Source of the DNA: Methylococcaceae bacterium TMED69
GTDB taxonomy: Bacteria > Pseudomonadota > Gammaproteobacteria > Ga0077536
Assembly: GCA_002170535.1 (NCBI GenBank)
Contig: NHDW01000001.1
Span: 1 to 57,898 of the forward strand
Direction: 5' to 3'
Length of the DNA stretch: 57,898 nucleotides
The notes beneath the pieces were generated by a model. That model made no database searches and was not told the DNA's origin. It saw only the letters and a list, made by a program, of their open reading frames with translations. Below, one piece after another: positions 10,555 through 19,931 of the stretch. Numbering within the stretch: the first letter of the stretch is position 1; the number at the start of each line of letters is the position of its first letter. A program made the position numbers and the translations under genes.

Positions 10555-11808
10555 ATGATTAAGATAACAAAAACGTCCAATGATAGATCGAGAAATTTTA
10601 TGAATTATGCAAATATCAACGAAAAACCAGAACATATTAAGAAACGGTTACTTGATTTTATGGAAAAATCAATTTACCCGAATGAACATAACTATACCGG
10701 TCATTTGAAAAATGCTGAAAATCGATTTTCAGCCGTACCGATAGTCGAGGATCTCAAAACGAAAGCCAAAGAACAAGGTTTATGGAATCTTTTCGTTCCT
10801 AAGCAATTTGGAGGTCTTTCAAACTTTGACTATGCTTCATTAGCAGAAATTATGGGAAGAGTTCTATGGAGCTCGGAAGTGTTTAATTGTAATGCGCCAG
10901 ACACAGGAAATATGGAAGTGTTTATGAAATACGGCGACCAACAACAACGCGAGACGTGGCTAAAACCCTTGCTAAACGGAGAAATTAGGTCGTCCTATGT
11001 GATGACAGAGCCGGATGTCGCATCTAGTGATGCTACTAATGTAAGGACGACTATTCTAAGGGAAGGCGATGAATATGTTATAAATGGGAAAAAGTGGTTC
11101 ATCACCAATGCGATGTATGAAAAGACAGAAATATTCATTGTAATGGGGAAATCCGACCCCGATAACGAAAACAGGCACTTACAACAAAGTCAGATTTTAG
11201 TTCCTAAAAACACTAAAGGCATAAAAATTATAAGAGCTTTGACCACACTTGGATATGATGATGCTCCTCATGGACATGCTGAAGTTCACTTCGAAGATGT
11301 AAGAGTTCCGGTTGAAAATATGCTGCTTGGCGAGGGCAGAGGCTTCGAAATTGCCCAAGGTAGGTTAGGGCCTGGTAGAATTCATCACTGCATGAGATTG
11401 ATTGGGGCTGCGCAACGAGCAATGGAATTAGCTTGTAAGCGTGCAGTTTCGAGAGAGACTTTTGGCAAAAAACTTGCTGACCATCAATCAGTTAAAGAAG
11501 ATATTGCTTGTTCCTATGCGGAATTAGAGCAAGCGCGTCAATTGACGCTTTTAACGGCTAAAAGGATGGACGAAGTAGGTCCTAAAGAAGCGCGGGACCT
11601 AATTGCTGCCGCTAAGATAGCTGTGCCAATTTCTGTCCAAAATATAATAGACCGATGCATGCAGATACATGGAGCTGGAGGATTAACAGAAGATTATTTC
11701 ATGGCAGATGCGTTCAATTATGCCAGATACTGCCGCCAAGCTGATGGCCCTGATCAGGTTCATATGATGTCACTTGGCAAACAGATTATAAAAAGATATG
11801 GCAGTTAG
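10555..11808 (+). CDS. Acyl-CoA dehydrogenase (ACAD10/11-like)
   Basis: GLWNLF, FNCNAPDTGNMEV, MTEPDVASSDATN, GRLGPGRIHHCMR, ADGPDQVH. Start is probably the ATG near 10600. Confidence 0.93.
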   Translation: MIKITKTSNDRSRNFMNYANINEKPEHIKKRLLDFMEKSIYPNEHNYTGHLKNAENRFSAVPIVEDLKTKAKEQGLWNLFVPKQFGGLSNFDYASLAEIMGRVLWSSEVFNCNAPDTGNMEVFMKYGDQQQRETWLKPLLNGEIRSSYVMTEPDVASSDATNVRTTILREGDEYVINGKKWFITNAMYEKTEIFIVMGKSDPDNENRHLQQSQILVPKNTKGIKIIRALTTLGYDDAPHGHAEVHFEDVRVPVENMLLGEGRGFEIAQGRLGPGRIHHCMRLIGAAQRAMELACKRAVSRETFGKKLADHQSVKEDIACSYAELEQARQLTLLTAKRMDEVGPKEARDLIAAAKIAVPISVQNIIDRCMQIHGAGGLTEDYFMADAFNYARYCRQADGPDQVHMMSLGKQIIKRYGS

Positions 11809-11819
11809 TCGAAATAAGG

Positions 11820-12341
11820 TCAATCTGCTTTTAATAACTCTTTATTAAATCTTTTAAAATTTAATATATAGTTAGAAGCTGATTTTTTTAAGCCAGTTAT
11901 TTGTTCATCGGTTAGTTGCCTAATAACTTTACCGGGGCTACCCATAACGAGGCTTCTATCGGGAATGCTCTTACCTTCTGGAATCAACGTGCAGGCGCCA
12001 ATAAGACAATCATTACCAATAGTAGCGCCATTTAAAATTACTGAATTGATACCAATTAGGCTATTATTTCCTATGGTACACCCATGTAGCATTACTTTAT
12101 GCCCTATAGTACACCCTTTCCCTACTTTTAATGGAAAACCAAAATCAGTGTGGAGGACAGAAAGGTCTTGTACATTTGTTCCTTCGCCTATGCTGATTGT
12201 TTCGTTATCTCCCCTTAGAATACTCCCGAACCATATGCTAGCGTTTTTCTCGAGTATTACTTTACCAATTACCACTGCAGTTTCGGCTATAAAACAGTCT
12301 CCTTTTATCACAATATTGTCTTCATTGAGTCGATACTTCAT
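11820..12341 (-). CDS. Gamma-carbonic anhydrase family protein (YrdA/PaaY-like)
   Basis: Hexapeptide repeats; [24 protein letters not shown] (three His ligands). Confidence 0.93.
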   Translation of the reverse strand: MKYRLNEDNIVIKGDCFIAETAVVIGKVILEKNASIWFGSILRGDNETISIGEGTNVQDLSVLHTDFGFPLKVGKGCTIGHKVMLHGCTIGNNSLIGINSVILNGATIGNDCLIGACTLIPEGKSIPDRSLVMGSPGKVIRQLTDEQITGLKKSASNYILNFKRFNKELLKAD

Positions 12342-12429
12342 TCAGTGATGAACCTCTTGTTGCCGGAAATTTTAAAGTCGTAATTTAACATGATAGATTA
12401 GTATTGATAATAGTAGCTTAAAAAATTTT

Positions 12430-13593
12430 ATGTTTTACAATTTTTTGAAGACTGATTTCGGAACTTTCAGCCTGATTTGGTCGAGAAATCATCTATATGC
12501 ATTAGAATTACCGCCTTTTACGCCTACGTTCTTAATCAACAACTGTAAGAATAAGTATAAGAATATAGAAAACAAAAGTTTTAATAGATACATTCAATCT
12601 GTAGCTGAACAATTAGTGCGATATCTGGAGAATCCCAAGGCTGTAAATCTTGAACTCGATCAAGACGTTGGTACTCAATATACTGATTTTCAAAAGGATG
12701 TCTTCACCGCCGTAAAAAAAATCCCCTCAGGACAAACTAAATCTTATCAAGACCTCGGCCATGAGATAGGGCTATTAAATGGAGGTCGCGCTATAGGTCG
12801 TGCTTTGAGTCAAAATTTGACTCCTTTATTCATTCCCTGTCACAGAGTAATAAGTTCGAATAAAAGCATAATTGGGTACTCACCAGAGGGCGGCAAATTT
12901 TGGCAAGAATTACTTCTTTATCGGGAGTCTGGAAGAGTTTTTTCAAATAATGCAATAGAAGAAATTATTAAGGGCTCAATTTATCTGGCCAAACATGACA
13001 GAAAGTTAAGAAAAATAATACATTTTCATGGCCCTGCTGCTCTCGCGATCGGGAAAAAACGAACTCTTTTTCAAATGTTAGTAAGAACTATAATTGGACA
13101 ACAATTAAGTGTAAAAGCTGCTCAGTCAATATATCAAAAACTCTCTAGTCTTCTAATTGGTAGGGTGAATCCTAAGCGGTTTGTCAATTTAAATAGAGAG
13201 CAACTAAGACAATGTGGTCTATCAAGGAATAAGATAGAGACGTTAATAAAAGTAGCACGGTTATTTCTCGAAAAAGGGTTTCCAAGTGAAAGCTTATTAG
13301 AATCGTTTTCTGATGAAGAAGTGGAGTATTTGTTGATCCAAATTAAAGGCATAGGTAAGTGGACTTGCGATATTGTGAAATTATTTCATTTGCGCCGGTT
13401 TGATACCTTTCCTGCAGGCGACTTGGGTGTAAGAAATGGTTTTAAAAATTACTATGGGTTTGATATTGATTCTAGAAAAGCGAAGAAAATAACAAACACT
13501 TGGTCTCCATTCAGAGGAATAGCTTGTTGGTATTTGTGGAGGTTGGCTGAATATACCGTTTCTGATTTAGAGTTTATTGACAAATTAAACTAA
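12430..13593 (+). CDS. Fusion: O6-methylguanine-DNA methyltransferase (Ogt) + AlkA-type 3-methyladenine DNA glycosylase
   Basis: N-half: TDFQKDVF, IPSGQTKSY, RAIGRAL, IPCHRV. C-half: IIGQQLSVKAA, HhH IKGIGKWT, FPAGDLG, WSPFRG. Confidence 0.88.
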   Translation: MFYNFLKTDFGTFSLIWSRNHLYALELPPFTPTFLINNCKNKYKNIENKSFNRYIQSVAEQLVRYLENPKAVNLELDQDVGTQYTDFQKDVFTAVKKIPSGQTKSYQDLGHEIGLLNGGRAIGRALSQNLTPLFIPCHRVISSNKSIIGYSPEGGKFWQELLLYRESGRVFSNNAIEEIIKGSIYLAKHDRKLRKIIHFHGPAALAIGKKRTLFQMLVRTIIGQQLSVKAAQSIYQKLSSLLIGRVNPKRFVNLNREQLRQCGLSRNKIETLIKVARLFLEKGFPSESLLESFSDEEVEYLLIQIKGIGKWTCDIVKLFHLRRFDTFPAGDLGVRNGFKNYYGFDIDSRKAKKITNTWSPFRGIACWYLWRLAEYTVSDLEFIDKLN

Positions 13594-14799
13594 ATTATTT
13601 TCGATCTGCACCCTAAGAAGATTAAGTGCAGTGATTACGCTAAATTGCGATACTCTCACTCCATCTCCAGGTAATTTCATTGCTTCTTCAATTAGAATGT
13701 TGTTACTTGAAATTGCGAGATAATTGACTCCTTCCTTCTCAGAATATGTTATTGCTAAACCGATGTCTGAATCGAAAAAATTTCTTACTGCATCTGCTAG
13801 TCTCTTTGTCTCAGAAAAATCACTTTCTTTTTGGGTATGTTGTAATAATTGATGTTTAGATAATTGAGATTTCGGAATTATACAGCCTTTAAAATACTTT
13901 CCAAGAGAATCAACCTTACCCAATCTGGTTGACGCAAGACCATCTGTTGCGATTTCTACGGCCGAGAGTGTAAGGTTTTTATCTTGAAGGTTTTTTAAAA
14001 TCCTTTGTTCAATAGTTTCACTATTAACGCCGAAAACAACATCACCGATGATAGATCTAATATGTTTCTCTTCATTGTCTAATTGCTGTGCAATTTCTTC
14101 TTCAGTTTCTCCCTTCACTGTTATCCTAAGTTTCAGTCCCTCTATGCCAGATGCTAGAAAAGCGAGAGTGGTATTTTGGGATTCATTAAGTTGCTCGATT
14201 TTAGGTTCTAGTAATTCAGCAAGTTTAGATTCTGTGTGACCCCAGGTTCGAAGGGTTCGGCTTTTAATTATTGTGGTTGAGCCTGATCTTTTTTTCAGGT
14301 CTGGCAGTATAGTTGACCGCATTATTTGTTTTAATTCATAAGGAACTCCTGGAACTGCGTAAATCACTTTATTTTTAAAAGGGAAAAGGATTCCCGGCGC
14401 GGTCCCAGGTTGATCTTCTATAGCAATACCTCCTTTTGGTATCATTGCTTGCTTAAGGTTGTTTTGGGTCATATGTCTTCCGCGTGACGAAAACATATAC
14501 TCGATTTTCTCTGCAACTTTTTCATTTAAAATTAATTTCGAATCAGTGGCCTTGGCTATAGCCTCTCGAGTGATGTCGTCTTGAGTTGGACCAAGGCCGC
14601 CACAGCAAATGATTGCGTCACTTCTTGATAGAGCCAATTTAAGAGCGTCGACTATTCTTTCTTCGTTGTCACCAATTTTCGATTGATAATAATTATCAAC
14701 TCCTATTAAAGCCAAATTCTCCCCGAGCCAGGAAGAGTTCGTATCTTGAATTTGACCTAATAATAGTTCTGTACCAATAGCAATTATTTCACACTGCAC
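13585..14799 (-). CDS. cinA: CinA family protein (MoCF/COG1058 domain + degenerate PncC-like domain)
   Basis: IAIGTELLLG, DTNS, GGLGPTQDDIT, GTAPG, PGVPYE; C-terminal domain lacks AESCTGG. Confidence 0.9.
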   Translation of the reverse strand: MQCEIIAIGTELLLGQIQDTNSSWLGENLALIGVDNYYQSKIGDNEERIVDALKLALSRSDAIICCGGLGPTQDDITREAIAKATDSKLILNEKVAEKIEYMFSSRGRHMTQNNLKQAMIPKGGIAIEDQPGTAPGILFPFKNKVIYAVPGVPYELKQIMRSTILPDLKKRSGSTTIIKSRTLRTWGHTESKLAELLEPKIEQLNESQNTTLAFLASGIEGLKLRITVKGETEEEIAQQLDNEEKHIRSIIGDVVFGVNSETIEQRILKNLQDKNLTLSAVEIATDGLASTRLGKVDSLGKYFKGCIIPKSQLSKHQLLQHTQKESDFSETKRLADAVRNFFDSDIGLAITYSEKEGVNYLAISSNNILIEEAMKLPGDGVRVSQFSVITALNLLRVQIENNLV

Positions 14800-14837
14800 A
14801 ATTGATTCTCTTTAAAGTTTTTGCTGAATAAAGTCTG

Positions 14838-14866
14838 AGTATATAATTTTTTTTTTTTTTAGACCA
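14838..14866 (-). promoter_or_regulatory. Putative cinA sigma70 promoter with A14 tract in the spacer
   Basis: Minus strand TGGTCT (14866-14861), 17 bp, TATACT (14843-14838); T14 run at 14847-14860 on the plus strand. Confidence 0.4.
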
Positions 14867-14994
14867 TGGGTAATCGATTTATTTAAAGTTGGATAACTAC
14901 TGTTTTTGCCGGTTGCCCGTCTGGCTATTGATATATGTAATGTTAATTTTACAACTACGAATTTTCATCACATAATAAAGCTAAATTATGATTT

Positions 14995-16800
14995 TTGGTA
15001 AAGGAGCGTGGCTTGTCAGTTTACAAAACACCGTTGCAGGACACTCTATTTATATTTAATGATGTCCTAAATCTAAATAAATATCTTGGGAGGGGCGCTT
15101 TTGCTGACTTATCAGTTGAGGATGTTTTAATTATCTTGGAACAAGGTAGTAAATTCGTTGAGGATAAAATTTACCCTTTGAATAAACTTGGTGATCACCA
15201 CGGTTGTGTTTTGAATCAGGACCATAGCGTTTCCACTCCTCCTGGTTTCAAGCAGGTTTATCAAGAGTTTTGTAATGGAGGATGGAATAAACTTAGTGCG
15301 CCTCAAGAATTTGGTGGACAAGGCTTGCCGACTATCATATCAACTGCATTTGAAGAATATAGTATTTCAGCAAACATGGCCTTTTCTATGTATCCAGGTT
15401 TAACACAAGATGCGGTTTTAACGATTGCAACAGTTGGCGATCCTTTACAGAAAAAGACTTATTTGCCAAAAATGGTAGAAGGTGTCTGGTCGGGCACTAT
15501 GAATTTAACTGAACCACAATGCGGTACAGATCTCGGTTTGACGAAAACTAGCGCGGTTTTGCAAGAGGATGGGACTTATAAAATAACAGGTAGCAAAATT
15601 TTTATATCATCTGGAGAGCATGACTTAACCGAGAATATCATCCATCTAGTATTAGCCAGAATTCCCGATTCACCTGCTGGTACGAAAGGTCTTTCAATGT
15701 TCATAGTGCCGAAATTTATCGTTGATGAGAATGGGAACTTGGTGTCACGCAATAATTTGAAATGCATGAATGTTGAGAAAAAAATGGGCATACATGGTAA
15801 CGCAACTTGTGAGATCTTATATGATGAGGCGCAAGGTTTTTTGATTGGAGAAAAGAATAAAGGTCTTAACTCAATGTTTGTGATGATGAACATTGCGCGA
15901 CTTCAGACAGGTATGCAAGGTCTCGCTATTTCTGAACTGGCTAGGCAAAAAGCAATTGATTATAGTCGGTTGAGGAAGCAAGGAAGGGACAGAAGTGGGG
16001 CGGGTGGATCAATACCCATCATTGACCATGCTGACATAAAAAGGATTTTAGCTGGTATCAGTGCGTTCACGGAAGGAGCAAGAGCTGTTGCTTTGTGGAC
16101 TGCTTTCTTAATGGACCTAGAGGAAGAAAATTTTGAATCAGTGACAAATGCAGAAGCTAAACAGTTGGTGGGGTTTCTTACACCAATAATTAAAGCTTAC
16201 TTTACGGATAATGCTTTTTTTAAAGCGAGTGATGCACTTCAATGTTTTGGAGGGTACGGTTATATAAAAGATTATGAAATAGAGCAATTAGTACGCGACG
16301 TTAGGGTAGCAATGATTTATGAAGGAACAAATAGCATCCAAGCTATGGATTTAGTTTTTAGAAAAGTACTTTTGGATAATGGTGAGTCTATAGAATTGAT
16401 CGGTCGATTAATAGAAAATCTGGCCGCTGATAGTTATTCAGTCAAAAATAGAAAAATTTTTGATTTGCTTAGTTCTGCACTTATGCATTTGAACGAAGCG
16501 ACGACTTGGCTCAGAGAAAAATCTGCTCAAAATGAGATGAAGTTAATTGAATCCACCGCAGTGTATTTTCTTAGATTGTGCGGGCATGTGATATTTGGCT
16601 ATATTTGGTTGCGAATTATGATAGCCGCCTCAAAGCTCGATACTGTTGACGAAATAAATAACAGATTTGCCAAAAAAAAATTGGCTACCGGCGAGTTTTT
16701 CTTTTATCAAGTTCTATCCGAATCTGGTTTCCTGCTTAAAAATATAAAGAATAGTAACGCTAATCTTCTCGGAGATGTTATTTCAGATGGAATCGCCTAG
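14995..16800 (+). CDS. Acyl-CoA dehydrogenase, DmdC-like long family
   Basis: GTMNLTEPQCGTDLG, KIFISSGEHDLTENIIHLVLAR, EKKMGIHGNATC, IYEGTNSIQAMDL. Start is probably the TTG near 15013 after AAGGAG. Confidence 0.9.
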   Translation: MVKERGLSVYKTPLQDTLFIFNDVLNLNKYLGRGAFADLSVEDVLIILEQGSKFVEDKIYPLNKLGDHHGCVLNQDHSVSTPPGFKQVYQEFCNGGWNKLSAPQEFGGQGLPTIISTAFEEYSISANMAFSMYPGLTQDAVLTIATVGDPLQKKTYLPKMVEGVWSGTMNLTEPQCGTDLGLTKTSAVLQEDGTYKITGSKIFISSGEHDLTENIIHLVLARIPDSPAGTKGLSMFIVPKFIVDENGNLVSRNNLKCMNVEKKMGIHGNATCEILYDEAQGFLIGEKNKGLNSMFVMMNIARLQTGMQGLAISELARQKAIDYSRLRKQGRDRSGAGGSIPIIDHADIKRILAGISAFTEGARAVALWTAFLMDLEEENFESVTNAEAKQLVGFLTPIIKAYFTDNAFFKASDALQCFGGYGYIKDYEIEQLVRDVRVAMIYEGTNSIQAMDLVFRKVLLDNGESIELIGRLIENLAADSYSVKNRKIFDLLSSALMHLNEATTWLREKSAQNEMKLIESTAVYFLRLCGHVIFGYIWLRIMIAASKLDTVDEINNRFAKKKLATGEFFFYQVLSESGFLLKNIKNSNANLLGDVISDGIA

Positions 16801-17632
16801 TTCTCAGGTTTACTATTCGCAAAGATTAAGGCTCCAATATGTTGAATGGGGTAAAAAAACAAATCCACCAATCATACTTGTACATGGTGGCCGCGACCAT
16901 GCAAGAAGTTGGGATTGGGTTGCTCGGAGTTTGTCCAAAGATTGGCGTGTGCTTGCTCCTGATCTCCGTGGTCATGGAGACAGTGAATGGGTAAATGATG
17001 GAAACTACCAAATGGCTGGTTACTTGTACGACTTAGATCAGTTGATTTGTCAACAGTTATCTACCCCGGTCAACTTAGTGGCCCATTCTTTAGGGGCAAT
17101 GATCGCTTTAAGATATGCAGGATTGTATCCCTCAAAAATCGGCAAGCTTATAGCCATTGAGGGTCTAGGGTTACCGAATGAAAAACCTTTAATAAATCGC
17201 CTAGACACGTGGATTTCTCAAAGACACTTGTTATCAAGCAGGAATGAAAAAAGATATGAAAATTTTGACGACGCGGTTAGTCGTATGATGGCCGCGAATT
17301 CGCATTTGTCCTACGAGACAGCTGAGCATTTAACACGACACGGCGTCAGACAAAACGAAGATGGGACTTATTCTTGGAAATTCGATAACTACATTCGGAG
17401 TTGGCCAGCATATGACATGCCACAAGAGTTGATAAACAAGCTTTGGTCGCAAATAACTTGCCCCACACTTTTAGTAGGTGGTAGAGATAGTTGGCATGAA
17501 GATCCCTCCATAACTGGCCGCACTAAGTTTTTCAAAGATGTGAAAGTGAAGCTTTTCGATAAAGCCGGACACTGGGTGCATCATGATAGACGTGAAGATT
17601 TTATCATGTTAGTCCAAGATTTTCTCGGATAG
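16775..17632 (+). CDS. Alpha/beta hydrolase
   Basis: HGGRDH, DLRGHGDS, AHSLG nucleophile elbow, AGHWVHHD. Confidence 0.92.
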   Translation: MLFQMESPSSQVYYSQRLRLQYVEWGKKTNPPIILVHGGRDHARSWDWVARSLSKDWRVLAPDLRGHGDSEWVNDGNYQMAGYLYDLDQLICQQLSTPVNLVAHSLGAMIALRYAGLYPSKIGKLIAIEGLGLPNEKPLINRLDTWISQRHLLSSRNEKRYENFDDAVSRMMAANSHLSYETAEHLTRHGVRQNEDGTYSWKFDNYIRSWPAYDMPQELINKLWSQITCPTLLVGGRDSWHEDPSITGRTKFFKDVKVKLFDKAGHWVHHDRREDFIMLVQDFLG

Positions 17633-17638
17633 AGATTT

Positions 17639-17670
17639 AAAAAGCCCCGCCGTCACTAAGACAGCAGGGC
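17639..17670 (-). terminator. Rho-independent terminator of the sRNA
   Basis: GCCCUGCUGUC-UUAGU-GACGGCGGGGC (11 bp including two G-U) followed by UUUUU. Confidence 0.85.
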
Positions 17671-17727
17671 GAGGAGGGGAGGTACCAAAGTTAGGATTCA
17701 GGGGAGGAGAATTGCCTAACGTTGATG
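17639..17727 (-). ncRNA. Putative trans-acting small RNA with two anti-SD motifs (MmgR/suhB- or AbcR-like architecture)
   Basis: Minus strand: stem GUUAGG-CA-AUUC / GAAU-CCUAAC with loop UCCUCCCCU; linker UUUGGUACCUCCCCUCCUC; 11-bp terminator plus U5; sigma70 promoter directly upstream. GC-rich island within AT-rich DNA. Confidence 0.75.
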
Positions 17728-17733
17728 CAATGC

Positions 17734-17762
17734 AGTATAACCAACGGAATGCGGCGGTGCAA
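17734..17762 (-). promoter_or_regulatory. Sigma70 promoter for the sRNA
   Basis: TTGCAC (17762-17757), 17-bp spacer, TATACT (17739-17734). Confidence 0.7.
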
Positions 17763-17828
17763 CATTATTTCGTTATAACTATATAACCGAACAGAATGTA
17801 CAAGTTATTTTCTTATTCAAAAAGGTTT

Positions 17829-19193
17829 TTATAAGACAAGGTTTTCGGAAATTTTGAACTTTGCTTCCGTGTATTGTTTTATCTTTTCCAAATCAGACGA
17901 TGGCATAACTTCAGTTAATAAAAGCCCGGCATTGTGTGGTAGAACTTTAAAAACGGCTAAATCAGTTATAATTAAATCCACCACGCCTTTCCCAGTAAGA
18001 GGTAATTTGCATTGTTTTAAGATTTTGCTTGCACCGTTTTTTGAACGATGTTCAAGGAGAACCACTACTTTCTTTACGCCAGAAACTAAATCCATAGCCC
18101 CACCAGGGCCTTTGACCATTTTGTTAGGGATCATAAAGTTTGCTAAATCTCCAGTTTCACTGACCTCTAATCCTCCTAGGATGGATATATCAATATGACC
18201 GCCTCTTATCATCGCAAAGGAATCTGCGCTAGAAAAAAAGGAGGAACCTTTAGCAGCACTTATGGTTTGTTTCCCTGCATTGATTAGATCCGCATCCAAA
18301 TCCTCTGGTTTAGGAAACGGACCAATCCCTAGAAGTCCGTTTTCTGATTGGAATACAATGTCCTTATTATTTTCGACGTAATTTGCTACTAATGTGGGTA
18401 TACCAATACCGAGATTTACGTAGTTTCCATCTTTCAGCTCTAGCGAGGCTCTTTTAGCCATATTTTCTCGTGCTGGGGTAATACCACTCATTTCATGGCC
18501 AAAAGTAGTAGGGAACTCGATGGTTTTTTCATAATGGTTATCGATTAAGATAGAGTCAATATATATGCCTGGAACATGTACATCATCGGGATCCATGAGG
18601 CATTCAGACATGAATTCTTCGCACTCCACCACGCAAATTTCACCACAAGTGGCGATCATAGGATTAAAATTGCGCGCTGTTTTTCTAAATCGCAGATTTC
18701 CAGCCTCATCACTAATATGGGATTTTATGATGGATAAATCTGCCTTTATCGAGTGTTCTAAAACGTATTCAGAACCATCAAAAGTTTGAGTCGGCTTATT
18801 CTTAGCTAGCACTGTTCCTAGAGCTGTTTTAGTAAAAAAAGCAGGAATACCCGCACCACCAGCACGAAGTTTTTCAGCTAATGTTCCTTGGGGACACAAC
18901 TCCAACTCCAAAAGACCCTCAAGTACTTGCCGTTCGAATTCTTTGTTATCACCGACAAAAGATGCAACTACTTTAGACACTTGATTGTTTTTTAGCAGTA
19001 AACCCATGCCTTTATCATCCGTTCCCATATTATTTCCAACAATTGTTAAACCTTTAATTCCAGAATCTGCAATTGTTCTTATTAAATTTTCAGGAATCCC
19101 GCATAAACCAAAACCTCCTGCAGCTATTGTCATTCCATCCCTTAATTTGCCTGTTAATAGTTTATTGCTGTCCGACGAAATGTTTTTTCTCAT
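17829..19193 (-). CDS. Succinyl-CoA:3-oxoacid CoA-transferase, fused A+B subunits
   Basis: GGFGLCGIPENLI, PQGTLAEKLRAGGAGIPAF, TARNFNP, then VNLGIGIPT, QSENG (catalytic Glu), GGAMDLV in one frame. Confidence 0.93.
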   Translation of the reverse strand: MRKNISSDSNKLLTGKLRDGMTIAAGGFGLCGIPENLIRTIADSGIKGLTIVGNNMGTDDKGMGLLLKNNQVSKVVASFVGDNKEFERQVLEGLLELELCPQGTLAEKLRAGGAGIPAFFTKTALGTVLAKNKPTQTFDGSEYVLEHSIKADLSIIKSHISDEAGNLRFRKTARNFNPMIATCGEICVVECEEFMSECLMDPDDVHVPGIYIDSILIDNHYEKTIEFPTTFGHEMSGITPARENMAKRASLELKDGNYVNLGIGIPTLVANYVENNKDIVFQSENGLLGIGPFPKPEDLDADLINAGKQTISAAKGSSFFSSADSFAMIRGGHIDISILGGLEVSETGDLANFMIPNKMVKGPGGAMDLVSGVKKVVVLLEHRSKNGASKILKQCKLPLTGKGVVDLIITDLAVFKVLPHNAGLLLTEVMPSSDLEKIKQYTEAKFKISENLVL

Positions 19194-19304
19194 AGTTTCA
19201 CCAATACTAAGTTTTTATTTACGGCTTGAGTATAGTTGGTTAGTGCTTCAACAAACAATGAAAAAATGATAATTTAATTCTTATTATGTGAAAGGACAAT
19301 TGTT

Positions 19305-19931
19305 ATGAATGGAATTCACGACCTAGGCGGTCTCCAATGTTTTGGTAAAATTGATAACAAAGACGTAGATGTAAAATTTGTAGATGACTGGGAGAGGCGG
19401 TTGTTTGCCTCAACTCTTTGCTCCTTTGGTGCTCTTGGCCCTATAGACGCGTTCAGGCATGCTATCGAGAAAATGGATCCCGTACATTATTTGTCAAGTA
19501 GTTATTACGAGCACTGGTTAGAAGCTGTAGAGGCTCGCATAAAAGAACTTAATTTTACCCAATCAGATATTGGCGTTCCCTTAACGCCAACAGATATAGA
19601 ATCTATTGTTGCTACTGGGGCGCATTATGCCCGCGAAAGTGTTCCTGAAAATGAACCACTTGCAGTCGGTTTAGAGGTAAGGGCACTGCCACATAGTCCT
19701 GAGGGGCATACCAGGCTTCCGAATTATATAAAAGGTAAAAAAGGAATTATCACAGAATTGCGTGGCACTTTTGTGTTCCCTGATACACTCGCTCATGGTT
19801 TGGGTGAATGTGAACAGCCGTTGTATTCCGTAAGGTTTAGTTCGAGGGAATTATGGGCTGGTCGCGACCCAACCAATGATGCGGTACATATCGATCTATG
19901 GCATAGCTATTTGGAGGTGTGTGATGTCTGA
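19305..19931 (+). CDS. nthB: Nitrile hydratase beta subunit
   Basis: [48 protein letters not shown]. Confidence 0.95.
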   Translation: MNGIHDLGGLQCFGKIDNKDVDVKFVDDWERRLFASTLCSFGALGPIDAFRHAIEKMDPVHYLSSSYYEHWLEAVEARIKELNFTQSDIGVPLTPTDIESIVATGAHYARESVPENEPLAVGLEVRALPHSPEGHTRLPNYIKGKKGIITELRGTFVFPDTLAHGLGECEQPLYSVRFSSRELWAGRDPTNDAVHIDLWHSYLEVCDV

